From positions 74,643 through 138,642 of the forward strand of contig NMRA01000655.1 of NCBI GenBank assembly GCA_002633005.1: a DNA stretch of 64,000 nt, in the 5' to 3' direction. A program made the translations under genes and the position numbers. The notes below the pieces were generated by a model that had not been told where the DNA came from, made no database searches, and saw only the letters and a program-made list of their open reading frames with translations. Source of the stretch: Phoronis australis. Taxonomy: Eukaryota > Animalia > Phoronida. Of this stretch, positions 13,123 to 25,612 are shown one piece after another. The first letter of the stretch is position 1. Each line of letters opens with the position of its first letter.

Positions 13123-15520
13123 ATTACTCTGCGCGTGCAAGCGCAGAGTACTGTTGTTCCTGGGTTTTCTTCAATTTTATTACTCTGCGCGTGTAATCGC
13201 AGAGTACTATTGTTCCTGGGTTTTCTTCAATTTTCTTCTTCTTATTATTCTTCTTCCGACCAACTTTGAGGCTTAATAACTCCAAATTGGTTGCAGGTAC
13301 GGTCTTTAAATTCAGCATATGACTTTTGACAGTATATAAATTTTGATTGGTTATATAATTATATTCCATATTGCACCGGAAGAGGTCGTTTGGTGCAAAG
13401 GTCATATAATTTTCAAAATGCTACTGCTCCTTTAGTTTTAAAGCTATCTTTTTCAAATTTGGTGCACAGGTATACGTCAACATGAAAATTTAAAAAATTA
13501 CTTTTCTAAGTAATCGGGTCATCCAATCAGGTGAAATAGGTCAAAGGTCATTAGGTGCAAACTAAAATTTTGAGCTAGACACTTCAAATTGACAGGTCTG
13601 ATTGCCACAGATAAATCAAATCGGAATCCAAAGTTTCAGGTCATTTAGTGCAAACATGGGGTCATTAGGTGCATTTTTCTTCTGAAAATTTGACCTTTTC
13701 AATCGGCAAGTATTCTGATGTGTCAACCGTTAGACAACTGTGATTCTCAGCGTTAAACACATTTTCCATGGGCTTTGCAATAATTCTACTAAAGATGCTT
13801 AAAATGCACCGGATAGGGTCAATTAGTGCAAAGGTCATCTAACATTCAAAATATTATATCCCCTATATTTTTCAAGGAATTCTTTTCAATTTCAGCACAT
13901 TGGTGTAAGTCAACATGCCAATTGAATACCCTACTTTACTTTGCAATAGGCCTAACCAATCAGAAAAAATAGGTCAAAGGTCATTGAATGCAAACTAAAA
14001 TTTTGAGCTAGAGACATCAGATTTACGCATCTGTTTACTAAGTGCGATTGAGTTTGAATTCTAAATTTTCAGGTCATTTGGTGCACCCATGGGGTCATTA
14101 AGTGCATTTTTCTTCTGAAAGTTTGACCACTTCATTCACCTTGTATTCTGAAGTGCTTAAAGTAAAACAACTGTGTTTATTAGCCTTAACCACAATTTTA
14201 ATCGAGTTAACAATTACTCCCTCATCGTGGCTCATAATGCACCGGAAGAGGTCAATTAGTGGAAAGGTCATCAAAAATTAATATGTAATTTCTCCTACAA
14301 TTTTAAAGAATTCCTTTTCATATTGGTAAACGGGTTGTTGTCAGTAACTTCCCACAATAATTCCAGTAATACACACGCGCAGAGTCCGTTATTGTCACGC
14401 CGTGACAATAATCTTTCTAGTTCTTCTTATTCTTATTCTTCTTCCTACCAACTTTAACACTTAAGACTCCAAAATTATTGGAGGTATGTTCTTCAAATTT
14501 AACATAAGATTTTCGGCAGTATATAAATTTTGATTCATTATATATTCATATTCAATAAAGCACCGGAAGAGGTCATTTGGTGCAAAGGTCATTTAATTTT
14601 TAAGTGCTACTCCTTCTTTAGTTTAAAAGATATTCTTTTCAAATTCGGTACACATGTATAAGTCAAGAAGGCAATTTAAAAAATTACTTTTTCTAAGTAA
14701 TCGGGTCATCCAATCAGGTTAAATAGGTCAAAGGTCATTAGGTGCAAACTAAAATTTTGTACTAGACACTTCAAATTCACAGGTCTGATTGGCACAGCTA
14801 ATTCAATTCGGAATTCAAAGTTTCAGGTCATTTAGTGCAAACATGGGGTCATTCGGTGCATTTTTCTTCTGAAAATTTGACCTTTTCAATCAGCAAGTAT
14901 TCTGATATGTCAACCGTTAGACAACTGTGATTCTCAGCATTAAGCGCATGTTCAAAATGTTATATCTCTTACGTTTATCAAGCAATTCTTTTCAATTTCA
15001 GCACACTGGTGTAAGTCAACACGCCAATTGAATTCCCTACTTTACTTCGCAATAGGCTAAACCAAAGCGAAAAAATAGGTCAAAGGTCATTGGGTGCAAA
15101 CTAAAATTTTGAGCTAGAGACTTCAAAATTACATATCTGTTTACTAAGTGCGATTGAGGTTGAATTCTAACTTTTCAGGTCATTTGGTGCACCCATGGAG
15201 TCATTAGGTGCATTTTTCTTCTGAAAGTTTGACCAATTCATTCATCTTGGATTCTGAAGTGCTTAAAATAAAGCATCATTCTGTGATTCTTAGCATCAAT
15301 TGAGTTTAGAATTTTTCCCTCATCGGGGCTCCTAATGCACCGGAGGTGGTCAATTAGTGGAAAGGTCATCAAAATATTAACATGTAATTTCTCCTACAAT
15401 TTTAAAGAATTCCTTCTCATATTGGTAAACGGGTTACTGTCAATAACTTCCAATAACAATCCCAGTAATACGCATGCGCAGAGTCCATTATTGTCACGCC
15501 GTGACAATAATCTTTCTAGT
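13123..15520 (+). mobile_element. Tandem dimer of a Helentron-type non-autonomous element (HINE)
   Basis: Sub-terminal IR ACTCTGCGCGTG (5', duplicated at ~13126 and ~13182) pairs with CACGCGCAGAGT (~14374). A (CTT/ATT)n microsatellite follows the 5' end. A 3' hairpin TTATTGTCACGCCGTGACAATAA precedes CTAG|T at 14417-14420 and again at 15516-15519. Internal ~430-bp repeats are present. Confidence 0.8.
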
Positions 15521-17611
15521 TATTATTTGAAATTCAAAAATATTGATCTTCCAGTTGTTCATTATTTCAATCCCATTAATGCTTTTGCGGGATGTCTCAT
15601 GATGTTGGTTGATTCTATTTTCCATGAACATATTTTGAGTTTTTTGTTACTTTATTTCTGTTTAAAACTAGTTGACTGGGCCGTATTGACATGATGCTAA
15701 AGGGGACTTTTTCCGCGCTGCCTCTCCGAAAGGCTTGCCACACATATACTCTACTACTAAGTTCACACAAGAGGCGAAAACGGCTAGCAAATTCGATGGC
15801 TAGAAAGGTGGCGAAAACACTAGCGTTTTAATCAGACAGACGTTGCGAGATGGTACGTTCGTCAGAAAGTGTCTAAAAGATATTTTGGATGGTCTTTAGC
15901 ATTCCATGCCTCTTTAAAAAATGAAATACGAAAGCAAGCACTAGAATCTTGGGTGCCCTGCTTCAACAATTTCACACAGAAAATCATTATTTTTCAAGCT
16001 TGGCTGAGCACGTGACTCGCGTCACGTGTTTAAGGTGTGGTTTTAACCCTACTTTTACGAATTTCACTTTATTGAGGTGTCAAAAAGATATACAACTAGA
16101 ACTAATAAAATTTCGTTTCATGGGTACCGAAACAACTCAATCAACTCCACTGGCGTGTTGCAAAATGCGGACAATCACTAAGAGAAACAGCATCACCTCA
16201 GCATACTAGAAAGAACGACGTCTCGTAAACTTCGACTATTCCCGTTTATTTTCGGGGGCGAAACGGAGGGCTGTTCCGGGTACATCAAACGTGAAGCCCT
16301 GAACTAAGCACTGCTTGATCTAGGATACCACAATAATGGGCATTTTTTAAAGAAAAATCTACGCGGAAGTTTGTGTGTCAGCGGCGATTGATTATGTTCG
16401 TATTGGAATGTGGACTCTTGCATGTGGTTACGCAGGATACTAAACCTTGTTTTGATGATTTCGACCAATCCTCACGGTGTCACCTGCTAATGTATCACTG
16501 GTGTCAATCTTGAAAGATAAATGCAGGAAATAAATGAAAACTCATAACCTTTATCATATATTACAACTTTTTGTACTTAATAATTCAGTTAGCAACACGC
16601 CAATCGTCATTTATCAAGTACCTACATAGGCTAAATTTCACTGTGTATTTTGCCGTAAGTATACAATTCAGTATAGCTACAATTAGCAGTCTGTATATTT
16701 ACTAATCCCTTACAACCCAGGCAGCAACCAAAACTAAATAAAATTAACCCGTGTTTGATGCAGGCTACTGCACTTCCCAAAACTTCTCCAGTTATTTCGC
16801 CTCCTCACTAGCCTTTCCCTGTGCGGAAGAACGCAGAATTCGTCAAACATGCGTTGACCTTTGTTGCCCTGTAAAATGTTGATACTACCTGTAGTGTAAG
16901 GAATCAGAATATGGTGAAGGTGGACCGTAAAATGATTTAATACCCTGTTTCGGTAGTTATATCACAAAATCACTTCTTTTCATGCAAGAAATACGGTACG
17001 TACGATGAAGTGGTCGGAACTTCCCAAAAGCTGACGACAGTCATAGGATACATGTACATTGTATGTTAGTTTGCAAATTTAACCAACTCTGATAGTTATC
17101 AAACTTGTTTTACACTTTTTAATGTTGACGAGTAGAGTATTTGCTTCTGTTAATTCAATATGGTGGATTTTGATACTCAGAAGATTTGTTTACACGTTCA
17201 AACAGGGTTTTGCATCCTTTCAAACAGTCATCTATCTTTTACATAAAATCTGTTAGTTCAAAATAACGAAATTCGTTACCAACACAAGTCATAGGCAAAA
17301 CATACAAGCCTCATTTCCGCTTGGACAATTCTGAAATTGACCGTACAATATTAAACTCTTAGTGCCGGAAGGTGGTGGTTTCAGCGTTTTTTTTGGTAAC
17401 GGAAAATGGCCTCCTCCCACAATGAAGAACATTATGAGATCAATTTTACGATAGTGAAAAGTCTAAATTGATCTTCGCTTTTGGCCAGCTAAACAAGGCG
17501 ACATGCAATTTTAGGCTGTCGTTGTTACGTGACACTTAACTCATTCAAATAACAAAAAAGATTCGACGTATAATAGAGCAAAAACGTAACCATTGTATTT
17601 CATATTCCCAC

Positions 17612-20342
17612 CTGTTGTATTTCGTTTTCCACTTTTCGCTGCGCAGAATACACTTCAGGCAACATGTACTTGATGCCGCACTGAGTCACTGCTTCGCTGA
17701 AGTGTTTCGCCTTCATTAGGATACTGATGATGACTCGACCACTTATGCTGAAACGCCAAAATGCTCAGATTAGAAAGCGATGTTTTTGTGACATGTCTTG
17801 TCGACAAAATGTGCAGTGAACACAGACACAATGATATTGTCGCCCCTCAACTATGTTGAGAAGTTTACCATGTTTGTTTGGCACAAAGATGGCTCCAGAT
17901 CGAGTCAGCGGAAGGCCCATGGAATTGTACAAAAGTCGAAAACAAAGTTGCAACAAGTTGATGGGGGCAAAATCCGATAGGCTTTCAATTTTGATCGAGC
18001 TGATGTACTGCCTACACTCGAAATAAGTCGAAAATTTGATTCTGCCAAAATTTTTCCTGCCGAATTTCCCTTCAAGTATTCGTGATTAGATGATAAATGC
18101 GAGTGTGGAACCTCCGCCAACCAACAAGAGAGCCGGTCAAAATGGATTCTTACCCTTCGGAACACCGTTACAGTAATGTCATATATCAATTACCGAATGT
18201 CTCTCGGTCCTTCTTTTTCAAAGTACCACAAAGCTTCAAGGAGTTTACTGAATATCTTTTTATTTCGAACTATCTGTGTGCTGCTACCCACGTCAACGAC
18301 AATGTTAATCATCCACCTGGCCACTTTGCATCTAACTCGAGGATGTCGATGTCTGTAAAATTAAGACCATAACGAAATAGTAATTTATCAGACTTTGAAT
18401 TTCATCCTGTGCCCTTGATCTCCAAACTTTACCCGACACTAGACTCGTAAATCAAGTTATCCCGTGGCACACCCTGTGTAAATTTTGAAATTCGACGCGA
18501 TATGGGTAAGCACTATTCGAGTCGAGTCTCGAAATAAAAGTCGGTGGTCTCGGGCTAGGCTAGTTGTTCTCCCATCTCACTGGGTGGATTTGCTGAAATG
18601 CCCATTCGCATTGCGCCGTTGGATTGCCGCGAGCTCCACTGACAGACTGAGATGTTGAAGTGAAGGTACTCGAAGGTATCTGGAGGCGTTATATTTGTTA
18701 GTAAGCTTGTCCGGCGCTGCTTTGGATGACCGATATTAAAATAACATTTTCTTTTGTGGATATGGTGTGTTACGCTATCCATTAAAATGCCAGTGGCCAA
18801 TATTAAAAATTAATTCCCGTAATTCGTTTTTCTTTGCAAGCGCAAGAAGAACAGTCAATAGATTTCAACGCATACCTACTCCCTGTGTTGATCAAAACGG
18901 CTAGCGTTGTCAGTGGTTGTACGCAAGAAATAATAGTCTGGATGACCTTCTCCGATTCTTTACTAATTTTGTCGTTGTCAGAAGTCAGTCTTGATAATAA
19001 GACCTTGCACAGCGTGTCCAATTCCTAATCAATAAAAGATAGAAACGCACAAAAGTTGCAAAACTGTCATTTCTATAACGCACGACATGCGCAAAAACGG
19101 AGATTCATGATGTCAGGACAGTTTTGCTGCTCAGCATCTTGAATTGCAGTGCCGAATGATAGGACGACCCCCTGAGTTTGCTCGTTGGTTTAAACGTTGG
19201 TTGTAGTTCACTCGCGTACACGAACAAGTACAACAGTTTAGCAAAGAATACGACTACCATAAGTGTAATGACGTGTTCATAACATATTGAGAAAGTGTCT
19301 ACAGTATTTTGAAAAGTTTGCAGTTGTGAGGTTTTTAATGTAGTACATTTCTGCGACGTTGTAGTGGAATAGTTTTAGCTTAGACGATTTGTCGTTATAA
19401 ACATTATCTCTACTTGTTGCTTGCTCAAATCAGACGTCATACCTGCGCTTGGCAAGATTTGCGTCTTGGCATAAAATAACCGCCTGGTAAATTTAACTTT
19501 TGAGCCCGACCAATGGCATAACTGTTGTCAGTTATGTCCGAGTCCAAAAATAAATTCTTGTTTCAATAACAAACAAGTAGTACTAGTGCTGTAGCGATAA
19601 ATGGCTTAAAGTTAAGGTTTTTTTCACGGAAGGCAGTAATAAAGGACGGGAGAAATCCTTAACATACCATCTCGATGGAGTAAGGGAATGCCATGATGAG
19701 TTCGCCTACTGCGTTGGCTGCACTAATCACAATCCTCGGTCTGGTGCTGCAGGTCAGTTTACTTGCAAGCCAGTCGCAGATGGCGCCAAGTTTTTCTTCC
19801 ATCAGGCCAGAATGGTGCTTGGTCAGCCGCCGTATCTCCGTCAAAATGTCGGGTTCTTTGCGCCTATGAACCGGTAGAATGGATCGCAAACCGTATACTT
19901 TCACAAGCCTTACTCAGAACAAGGTCATATTAATCTATACAGTATGTCCACACGGCAAATATTCGACAAGGGTAACGTAGTTGGGGTTGTGGATCTATTG
20001 GTTTAGGTCATAGTGAAGTTACTAACAGTGAATGGACGACTGTAGTGCAAGAAATGGAGTTAAGTAGTCGTTGGATCATACTTTAAACGGATGCCATCCC
20101 ATGGCTTTGAAAAACAAAAGAAAACGTGCAGACACGTGGAGCCAAAATAAACATCGATTTCTCTGACTAAGCTTGTCGCAATACTTTTACGAAACACCGT
20201 ATCATTATAATGGACAGCTGACCAGTCATTCTTCTCTCGAAGTTTCTTCAGAAGTTGAACCATATCATTGCTCGGAGATTGACAAGGACGAAGTTGTTCG
20301 ACTAGGGGATAGAATGGAGGCTCTCCCTCCCATGGAGGCTGG
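17612..20342 (-). CDS. Divergent TOG/HEAT-repeat domain protein, TOGARAM (crescerin/FAM179)-like, partial model
   Basis: Five phase-consistent GT-AG exons with no stops (~253 aa): 20342-20223, 19863-19668, 19024-18876, 18352-18194, 17747-17612. Translation: ..LRPCQSPSNDMVQLLKKLREKNDW-RKEPDILTEIRRLTKHHS..-ELDTLCKVLLSRL..LAVLINTGSR-HRHPRVRCKVARW..GPRDIR-ISGRVIISILM... This is collinear with the TOGARAM1 third TOG domain as I recall it. First and last exons are unresolved (possible terminal exon ~16740-16890). Confidence 0.75.
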
Positions 20343-20793
20343 CTGGAACAAACGTGCGAGCAAATAATTTATGTTTAGCCATTTCCCTCGACAAAATCAA
20401 TAAGTAAAAACATTGGGCCAAGTTAAGTGAAGTTTAACTCTACCAAATCGTGTAAAATAGATTGTCTAGCGTCACAGTTGACATATCAAAAATTTTATTA
20501 GATGTAGCCCAAACACAATCATTAAAAATGACGCTGATTTAGATGTGTCGGAAGACGTCATGCTTTTTGTCCTACACTAGGGCTGACTTCAGTAGACCGC
20601 AAAGCGTTAGCTTACACTCATGGCAAAAAAATCACTTATGGAACCGAAAACTGCAATCTCATAATGCAACACTCCAACCTTGTCGATCAATCCTTCAGTG
20701 GCCACCAGTTTGCTGGGACAAGCTATTAAGGTTCCCGAGAATACTCGCCGAACACTCTTTTTTCAATCACGTCTTGCGGCATCTTGCCTTTAA

Positions 20794-23090
20794 AGGCGAA
20801 GGCAACCCTTTTTCATGTCATTTTTAGCATAAATAGGGTTCGTTGACTATCCCAGACACATTTTTCATTTAATTACAGCTTTTCGTAATTTGATTAATTT
20901 CTCGTCCTCTACTCCGGAAGTGACGTTTTGGGAGGCAAGTGTTTCGAGCCAATTTCTTTTCATTATAGTCTGAGTGTGAGAGCTGTCGAGTCAGTCATTG
21001 TTCTACCTCGGTTGTGAAAAGTTCGGTCGTCGTTTGCTTTTGTTTACAAGTTAGTCAACATGCCACGCTGTTTCTGCGTGCCGGGATGTACATGTACTCA
21101 TTACCGTCTCACACGCGCTTTGGGTACCTTGCGTCGCTTTCCGAAGGATGACACACTTCACCGTACTTGGCTAGCTCGTTCATGTGAAGAACGCATTGCT
21201 ACACGTCCACGCAACATACAAAGCAGTGGAGGGTTACCGAGTGTGTGGCAAGCATTTTCTGCCGTCAGATTATGACAGATATGTACGCTGAAATGATGAA
21301 GGTCCCTGCGAAACAACGCCTGAAGAAGGGTACCATACCGTCGCTGTTGATTCCCGGCAGTGCCCCACCGCCAACCCCGAGAAGTGCGTTTTTGAAGCGA
21401 GAAGCCTCGCGAGCTGAGGCCACTATATACAGTGACTGGATGAACTTAGTCTACTGTCACCCGTGCCTCCGAACGTACCCCATTGCGTGCAATTCCGGGA
21501 ACTAGCAGTGATTCGCCCTGTGCTTAGGTGTTGCCTCTAGCCCAGAGCCTGCATGTAAGTAGGCAATGACCATCGCCTCTGTTGGCTCGAACCAGAGGCG
21601 ATGCAGAGGCTATAGGCGCTCTGTACGCCGGAAGCTTTTCGGTGAATTATGCCTCGCACCAACTAAACCATCAAAGTCACGTTGTTATAAATAACTTTTG
21701 CGCATAGAGGAACACCTTAGGAGGTTGTCGATGTGTTTAATTCCTTCCAACTCGAACAAATACTCCCGTTATGAAACTTTTTCTTCGAGCAGTCCCTATT
21801 TCAGTTCCCAAAATCGTGAAATCAACATTTTCATTTTTTTAACCAGGCCGAAGGTCAGAAGTTGCGGACCTACCGGCGAACTTTGAAAGCTGAAGTTCCC
21901 GCCCTTTGCGTACGTGCTGCCGGGAACCAGCCGTGCATTTGCCGTGTTGTTAAACATTAAAATGTCAAATATGTGCACAAAGACTATTAAATGTCATATC
22001 AACAGCATTTATTTTTATCAAATACAAACAATAATTCATTGAAATACAATCAGTTTCAAGTAACGCCAATTAAAGACAAGTATAAGTGGTGGCATTTTGG
22101 AAACGAACATTTGACTGACAAGACCGCAATGGCTCACCTTTGGCCTATTTAAAGATTGAGGTCATGAAGTCATATCACCTAGCGAGCACGGTAAAAATTG
22201 GAGCGTGCGCAGTATAAAAATGGTGAGTTCACGATTTTGGGAACTGAAATAGGGACTGCTCGAAGAAAAAGTTTGATAATGGGAGTATTTTTCAAGTTGG
22301 AAGGAATTAAACACATCGACAACCTCCTCAGGTGTTCCTCTATGCGCAAAAGGTATTTATAACAACGTGACTTTGATGGTTTAGTCGGTGCGAGGCATAA
22401 TTCTCCGAAAAGCTTCCGGCGTAAAGCATCTGGCGTAAAGAGCGCATATAGCCTCTGCATCGCCTCTGGTCCGGGCCAACAGAGGCGATGGTCATTGCCT
22501 AGCATGTAAGCAGCCCTGCAGCGATGTTGAGTAGTGGGAGTGAATACAGGCCCAGTTCAACACCCAGTGAAGAGGACAGTTCGTCATCCAATGAACAGAT
22601 CGGTGAGCCTACGTTTGATAAGTTTATTGTAGACTTGTATTGGAGCTATTTATAAGGTGCCAGGTGTGTGGCGAGGGAGTCACACGGCGGGATGTAAGCA
22701 GTTTGGGTGCTCAGATCACCCTCCAGTGGGAGTGTGTCGCGGGACACTCGGGCAAGTGCGACAGTTCTTCCTCTGAACGTGAGACGATAATGAGTACACC
22801 CGAGTACGCTGCAACAGCGTGGCATGTTGACTGACTCTTAAGCAAAAGCAAACAACGACCGAACTTATCACAACCGAGGTAGAACAATGACTGACTCGAC
22901 TGCTCTCACAGTCAGACTATATGGAAAGAAATTGGCGCGATATTCTTGCCTCCCAAAACGTCACTTCCGGAGAAGACGAGGAGTAATTAATTAAATTAAG
23001 AAAAGCAGTAAATAAGTAAAAAATATGTCTGGGATAATCAACGAACCTTATTTTTTGCTAAAAATGACATGAAAAAGGTTGCCTTCGCCT
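20794..23090 (+). mobile_element. Kolobok-type non-autonomous DNA transposon with THAP remnant and ~300-bp inverted ends (copy 1)
   Basis: TTAA TSD at 20790-20793 and 23091-23094; termini AGGCGAAGG...CCTTCGCCT. THAP start MPRCFCVPGC..RRFPKD..W at 21060. Kolobok-like LF..CQVCG...WECVAGHSG motif at 22640-22760. Confidence 0.8.
21560..22501. mobile_element. MULE-like MITE (942 bp, ~260-bp TIRs) nested in Kolobok copy 1
   Basis: TIRs TAGGCAATGACCATCGCCTCTG... at ~21560-21823 and ~22222-22501. 9-bp TSD GCATGTAAG at 21551-21559 and 22502-22510. Absent from Kolobok copy 2. Confidence 0.85.
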
Positions 23091-25405
23091 TTAACGCAAG
23101 AGAGGTTGAGTCTTCCAATCTAGCTATTCTCAGAAGATTGGATAGACTATTAAATCTGCAGTTCCTACACATTTTCTTCATATAAGTCACGCGTTCATCG
23201 AATGGGAGACTGCGACGGCTTTGATAGACCGTCTCAGCTTCCATACAACATTCAGGGCAGTTTGAAAATGCCATGTGGTCAGAATAAAGTTCAGTAACGC
23301 TAGGAGCTTCACTAGGACCTCGCTAAAAGCTAGCTAAAATCACGTGTTCTCGTATAAAATACACGGCAATATCTCGAGTAATCTCGCAAAGTCTTGCATT
23401 TATTAGAGGTCCTAGCGTTTCGATGCAGGAATGAGTTGCACTGTCCAGTCAGTACCTGGATCGCCAACCAATAACAAGCCTCTGTCTGTTGTATATTGTA
23501 TAAGGCTTTGGCTCAACAGGTCATGGAAACACTTTGTTTGTCTTTATGCAGAAATTTGATTTCCAAATGTTTCTGAGTTGAACGAGCCTATTTAGCAAAG
23601 ACTGAAAGGCTTTTGGTTCATTTTTTGTCTCCAAAAGGAATTTTTCTGTTACAAGTGCTGTTTTCAGAAGACACACAATTAATGTCATATATTGCATACC
23701 TGCCAGATTTATCTCTCCTCGTATTCGAAAGTGGACGCCTCCTGAATTTCTTTTCTGTAAAATACACGTAAGCTGAAACATAACAGTGACAACACAACTG
23801 CGTACAGGGATTACGTGCTTGAAGAAAGGTCCCCATTTTCTTTCTATTCTCATATGTCGCCAACGCATATGATTGCGACACTAAATTCATTAATTTATGA
23901 GCAACCTTTTCCCAGCTTTTCTTACCTAAATATTCTCCAATGAATATTTGCCAAAACTAAGGGTGAAAATGAAATAGATAGATTTATTTGGTGTCAATTT
24001 TCACATGCTTACCTTTTTCGTAAAGGTCTGGACAGGTGCATACATTAGAAGACGCCAGTTTCCCTGACCAAGAGCCGATTGTGTCCATCTCGTTACAAAA
24101 GACGTGTCGGGGAACTTTACTTGTTACCATAAGAGGACTCGCTGGAAATGCCTTACAGTTAATGAAAATATCAACTCAGTTGGATTCAAGCTCATCCCAT
24201 GCTTCCCACAGAGGAAACTTCGTTCTTTGAATGCCCGAGTACTTGTAAAACTTTTAAGCAACCAACAATATTCTGTACTTGTAAAAGTTCGGTAACGCAG
24301 ACTAGATTGAAAACCCGACTGAATTTTCTGTTTTATAGCTTCACAGACGCTCGTATTTTCTAGACAGTTTTCAGGTGTACAGTTATGAGAACACAGGCAC
24401 ATATATAGACACGATGGAAAGGAAATAAACAGTGGCAGCAGGTACACAAGCGTATAAACATCTGGTGTGAATACAACAGAGTGTTGGAAGACTACAAAAC
24501 ACTAGCCGAACAGTGCCAGCGTGCGGTAAACTCCTGTGAGCTGCTCATTCAGCACGGGTTTTTACAGCATTGGTGCAAAGCTGTATTAATTAATAGTATG
24601 TAAACAACTTTGCACCTATGCGGGTATTTTGACGTCAGTCTTCAAACACATAGCTGACCGTCTAAGGTTTTTCGTAACCGATCGACAGTCTTCAAAATCT
24701 TCAACATAACGAATAGTAGTGTTATCTACTATTTCTCTCCCAGATGCTTTACTGCCATGCTGATGTGTAAGTGGTATACGATTTTGAATGTACCCACCAC
24801 GAAGGCAACTGCATTAACAACTGTATTGTAATACGAGCGCATATCTGGCAATCTATCCAACGGAAAATACAGTTTTGCTTTAAATCAAGTTTATGGATTT
24901 CCGTATACATCTGACATGTCTTAAAACAATCCCACAGTTTTCAAAACAATTTGATTTTAGTTTTCAATATAGTTAACACAACAGGTACTCAAGTCTAACA
25001 GCATAATCACGAAAACATTTTCCTGTACATAGTCGTGCTCAGTGAAGGCGAGTGACATTTGTAATCAAGTTAAAACCAAGAATATAGTATATAACATGTT
25101 CATCGTGGTAACACACTTGCCTATTGTGCCTTTTTGCATGCTAGCTTTCCTCTGCTGAGATAGAGGCCGCCTGCTTAGGACCTCTTGGACACACATTGAA
25201 GGGGTTTTACGTAGAGGTTGTAGTAGATAATTCATCGAATTGACAGCGAGCAGTAACTAAAATGTCAAATTTGCGATTAGCATCGCACGCTTGCCAGATC
25301 ACGCTTTGACGAGGCATTGAAATTAGTAATTTTAAAGTTTAGGGAAGAAACAGGATTCATAAACCTAGGCAATATTTTCTAACCTTTAAACACGAGCCAC
25401 TTGTT

Positions 25406-25610
25406 CAACTGTTATTACTACTATTATTAGTATTGTTAGTGTTATTGTTGTAATTATCATTACTAATTTTCATTTTATATCTATTATTAGTATTGTAATT
25501 GTTATTCATGTTACTATTGTTGTAATTATTATTAATACGGTTGCTGTTGTTGTTATTATTATTATTATTAATATTAATGATAATGCTCATAATCATAATG
25601 TTTAATGTTT
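25406..25610. repeat. Degenerate (ATT/GTT)n microsatellite
   Basis: Visible triplet low-complexity tract. Confidence 0.9.
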
Positions 25611-25612
25611 AA

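Noticed and set aside
25405-25596. Poly-Asn ORF
   Set aside because: It is the translation of an AAT microsatellite.
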